Positions 62,001-64,000 of a DNA stretch of 64,000 nt are shown piece after piece; position 1 is the first letter of the stretch; each line of letters opens with the position of its first letter. The notes below the pieces were generated by a model, which saw only the letters and a program-made list of their open reading frames with translations, searched no databases and was not told the origin of the DNA. The DNA is taken from positions 682,001 to 746,000 of the forward strand of contig OZ287071.1 of NCBI GenBank assembly GCA_965645245.1. The letters are read 5' to 3'. This DNA is from Massalongia carnosa. Its lineage: Eukaryota. The position numbers and the translations under genes are program-made.

Positions 62001-64000
62001 GAGGATAGAGTCTTCTTGTAGCGCCCAGCATCGTAAGGCAACCCAAATAGTATATTATCCTTTATGGTAGCGTTCTCAATCCACGGGATCTGCGCAACAT
62101 ATGCAGTTGCAGAATCGATGATCCAGTCGCTTTTATTTGCTTTATGGTCATGTCGATCTTTCACCGAAGGAGCCTTTGGGACTTTGATTTTTCCTGCCAT
62201 GAGCTCCGCTTCCCCCAAGAAAGACGCTAATAAGAGGGTTTTGCCGCTACCCGTTTTTCCTGATATGACTGTGAGCTCTTTCTTCGGCAATCTAAAAGTT
62301 ATACTCCTAAGCATAAACCTATCAGCTTGCTGCTGTTCTGAATCCGAAGGCCATGCGATTGAAGCGTTCTCAAAGACGATATCCTCGTTAGGGGTAATGT
62401 AATCATCTTGCTCCGGGCCACCGAGATATTCACCGATTCTGAAAGCGCTCACCCAGGCTTCCAAAGCTTGTGCGGTCAGCTCGGGGATTATCGCCAGTAC
62501 GGATTCAATCTGGGCGAAGATTGTGATAGTGGTGAAAGCGACCGAAGGCAGAAGACCTCCATGGAGCAAGCCATAAACAGCCAGTGACACTGCTGACAGC
62601 ATCACCGGGCTGATAATCCATATCGTGATGAGCACAGTATCCCACAGAAAGACTCTTCGTTGTGCAGCAAGTTCCTCACTGCGTTTATCGCCGATCTTTG
62701 CCTGCCATTGTTTTTCGAGGGCGGAGAATTTAATCTGTCTGATACCTTTATGATGTTAAAAAATACAACTCTGATCGATCATAACTTATTTAGAGAACCT
62801 TTCGCTAGGTTAACTGATGGGGAAATAGATGTATAATGGAGCAGGCCTCCAGCCATCCAACTGCCTGACTTCGTGACTAGGTAAAAAAAACGCAGCCGAA
62901 AAAGGATCGGTAGCTCGCACTTAAACTTAAAGAAACAAACCAGCTAGGAGTTGTATGGCATAGCTTTGATTCGTTCGTCGATCATAGACTGCGCTTGTTT
63001 TGCGAGCTGCGAGCTTTATGAACAGCCTGGCTTACCAATATAACGTACAAAGCAATCACACTAGTCTCCCCCAAGCAAAGCATGATCTTACAGGAAAAAG
63101 ATAGATCAAAACATACCTTGTAAAGCTTCCGTGACCACAACCATCTTTCGATCACGCGCGTTCATCAAGTCCGTCTGGCTTCTTGCATAGCTTTTGGAGG
63201 CATAAATATTGACCGGGGTGATGAGAACAGAAATGGCCATGCCCGCCAGGAGGCTTTCCCACCCGATTAATTTCACAAGAAATATAATACTAGCAGTTAG
63301 TTTAGCTGCCGTTTGAGAAAATATGAAATGAAAAGTAGCAAAATCAGAGATCCGCTTCGTATCTACCGCAAGCAGATTTATAATGCTTTGACGTGATTTC
63401 TGGATGTCTTCGTCGTTCTCGAGCTCGGGCACAACATCGAGCGTTTGTGGAACCGAATCTACACCTTTTACATCTTTCCGACGCATTGACTTGGCAAATA
63501 TCAAAGCTGATAACTCTGTACGAATGGGCAGGCCGAGCCTGGCCAACACAATCCAATGCGTCCATGTTTCCAACCAAGCTGCTAAAACAACGAAAACCCC
63601 AAGGCCCAGCACCCATGCCCAGGCTATCGCCGAGGTTGAAATGTCGTCGGTGCTCTGCTCTAGTAACTGTAACAGCTTGTACATTGCGAGTTGTGGTCCA
63701 AACTGAACGAATCCTTGGAAGGCTGAAAGCAAGGACTGTGCAATCAGTTCCTGATAGTGAAAGGCAAGCAGAGTTTTCCAGAGTCTTTCTTTCTGTTTCA
63801 TCGAACGAAAACAGCCATGTAGATATTCTGCACGTTGGTGAAAATGTAACTTGGGCAAATCTGTTAAAGCCAACCCGTTCACCCTTGCTGTGGCAAGATA
63901 TTCGCCAGCCCAAGTCCACGTCCATCGGTTAAGTGCTGAGACGGTGTATTGTTTGTCAACGGTTTGGCCTTGGTGTGATACTGAGGGCCGTCTAGGGAAA
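59016..64000 (-). CDS. ABCC/MRP-type ABC transporter (Ybt1/Bpt1-like), multi-exon, 5' end outside the window
   Basis: NBD1 [24 protein letters not shown]2 [30 protein letters not shown]; two TMD regions; about 7 introns including 62746-63116. Confidence 0.95.

Noticed and set aside
62746..63116. Unusually long (371-bp) intron in the ABC transporter
   Set aside because: No TIR, TSD or snoRNA boxes could be identified inside it.
1..64000. CRISPR arrays, prokaryotic operons, Starship captain recombinase or secondary-metabolite cluster
   Set aside because: No repeat-spacer array, tyrosine-recombinase, PKS or NRPS motifs were seen; the gene content is eukaryotic housekeeping plus small transposons.

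Overview
Eukaryotic DNA from a filamentous ascomycete (Pezizomycotina-type GT-AG introns with CTAAC/CTGAC branch sites and hints of RIP-like C-to-T change). The left ~25 kb is gene-sparse. It holds an intact 1.3-kb Tc1/mariner-like transposon with 46-bp perfect TIRs, flanked by a 5-bp duplication rather than TA. A second, dead Tc1-like element is interrupted by a 5'-truncated LINE with a 12-bp TSD. The same region has a Cys-rich membrane protein, a ZIP zinc transporter with candidate ZafA/Zap1-type sites, a DUF6604-like gene, a twin-CX9C protein and a decayed kinase-ankyrin pseudogene. The right ~39 kb is dense with housekeeping genes: ANTH/AP180 adaptor, mitochondrial AspRS, FAB1, an Est3/TPP1 OB-fold protein, tRNA-Val(TAC), a WDR6/Trm734-like WD40 gene with an inserted DUF6314-like domain, a SUR7/PalI protein, RAD2/XPG, a pseudogenised LigD phosphoesterase and a 5'-partial ABCC transporter. 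All family assignments come from motif recognition by eye; no database search was run.
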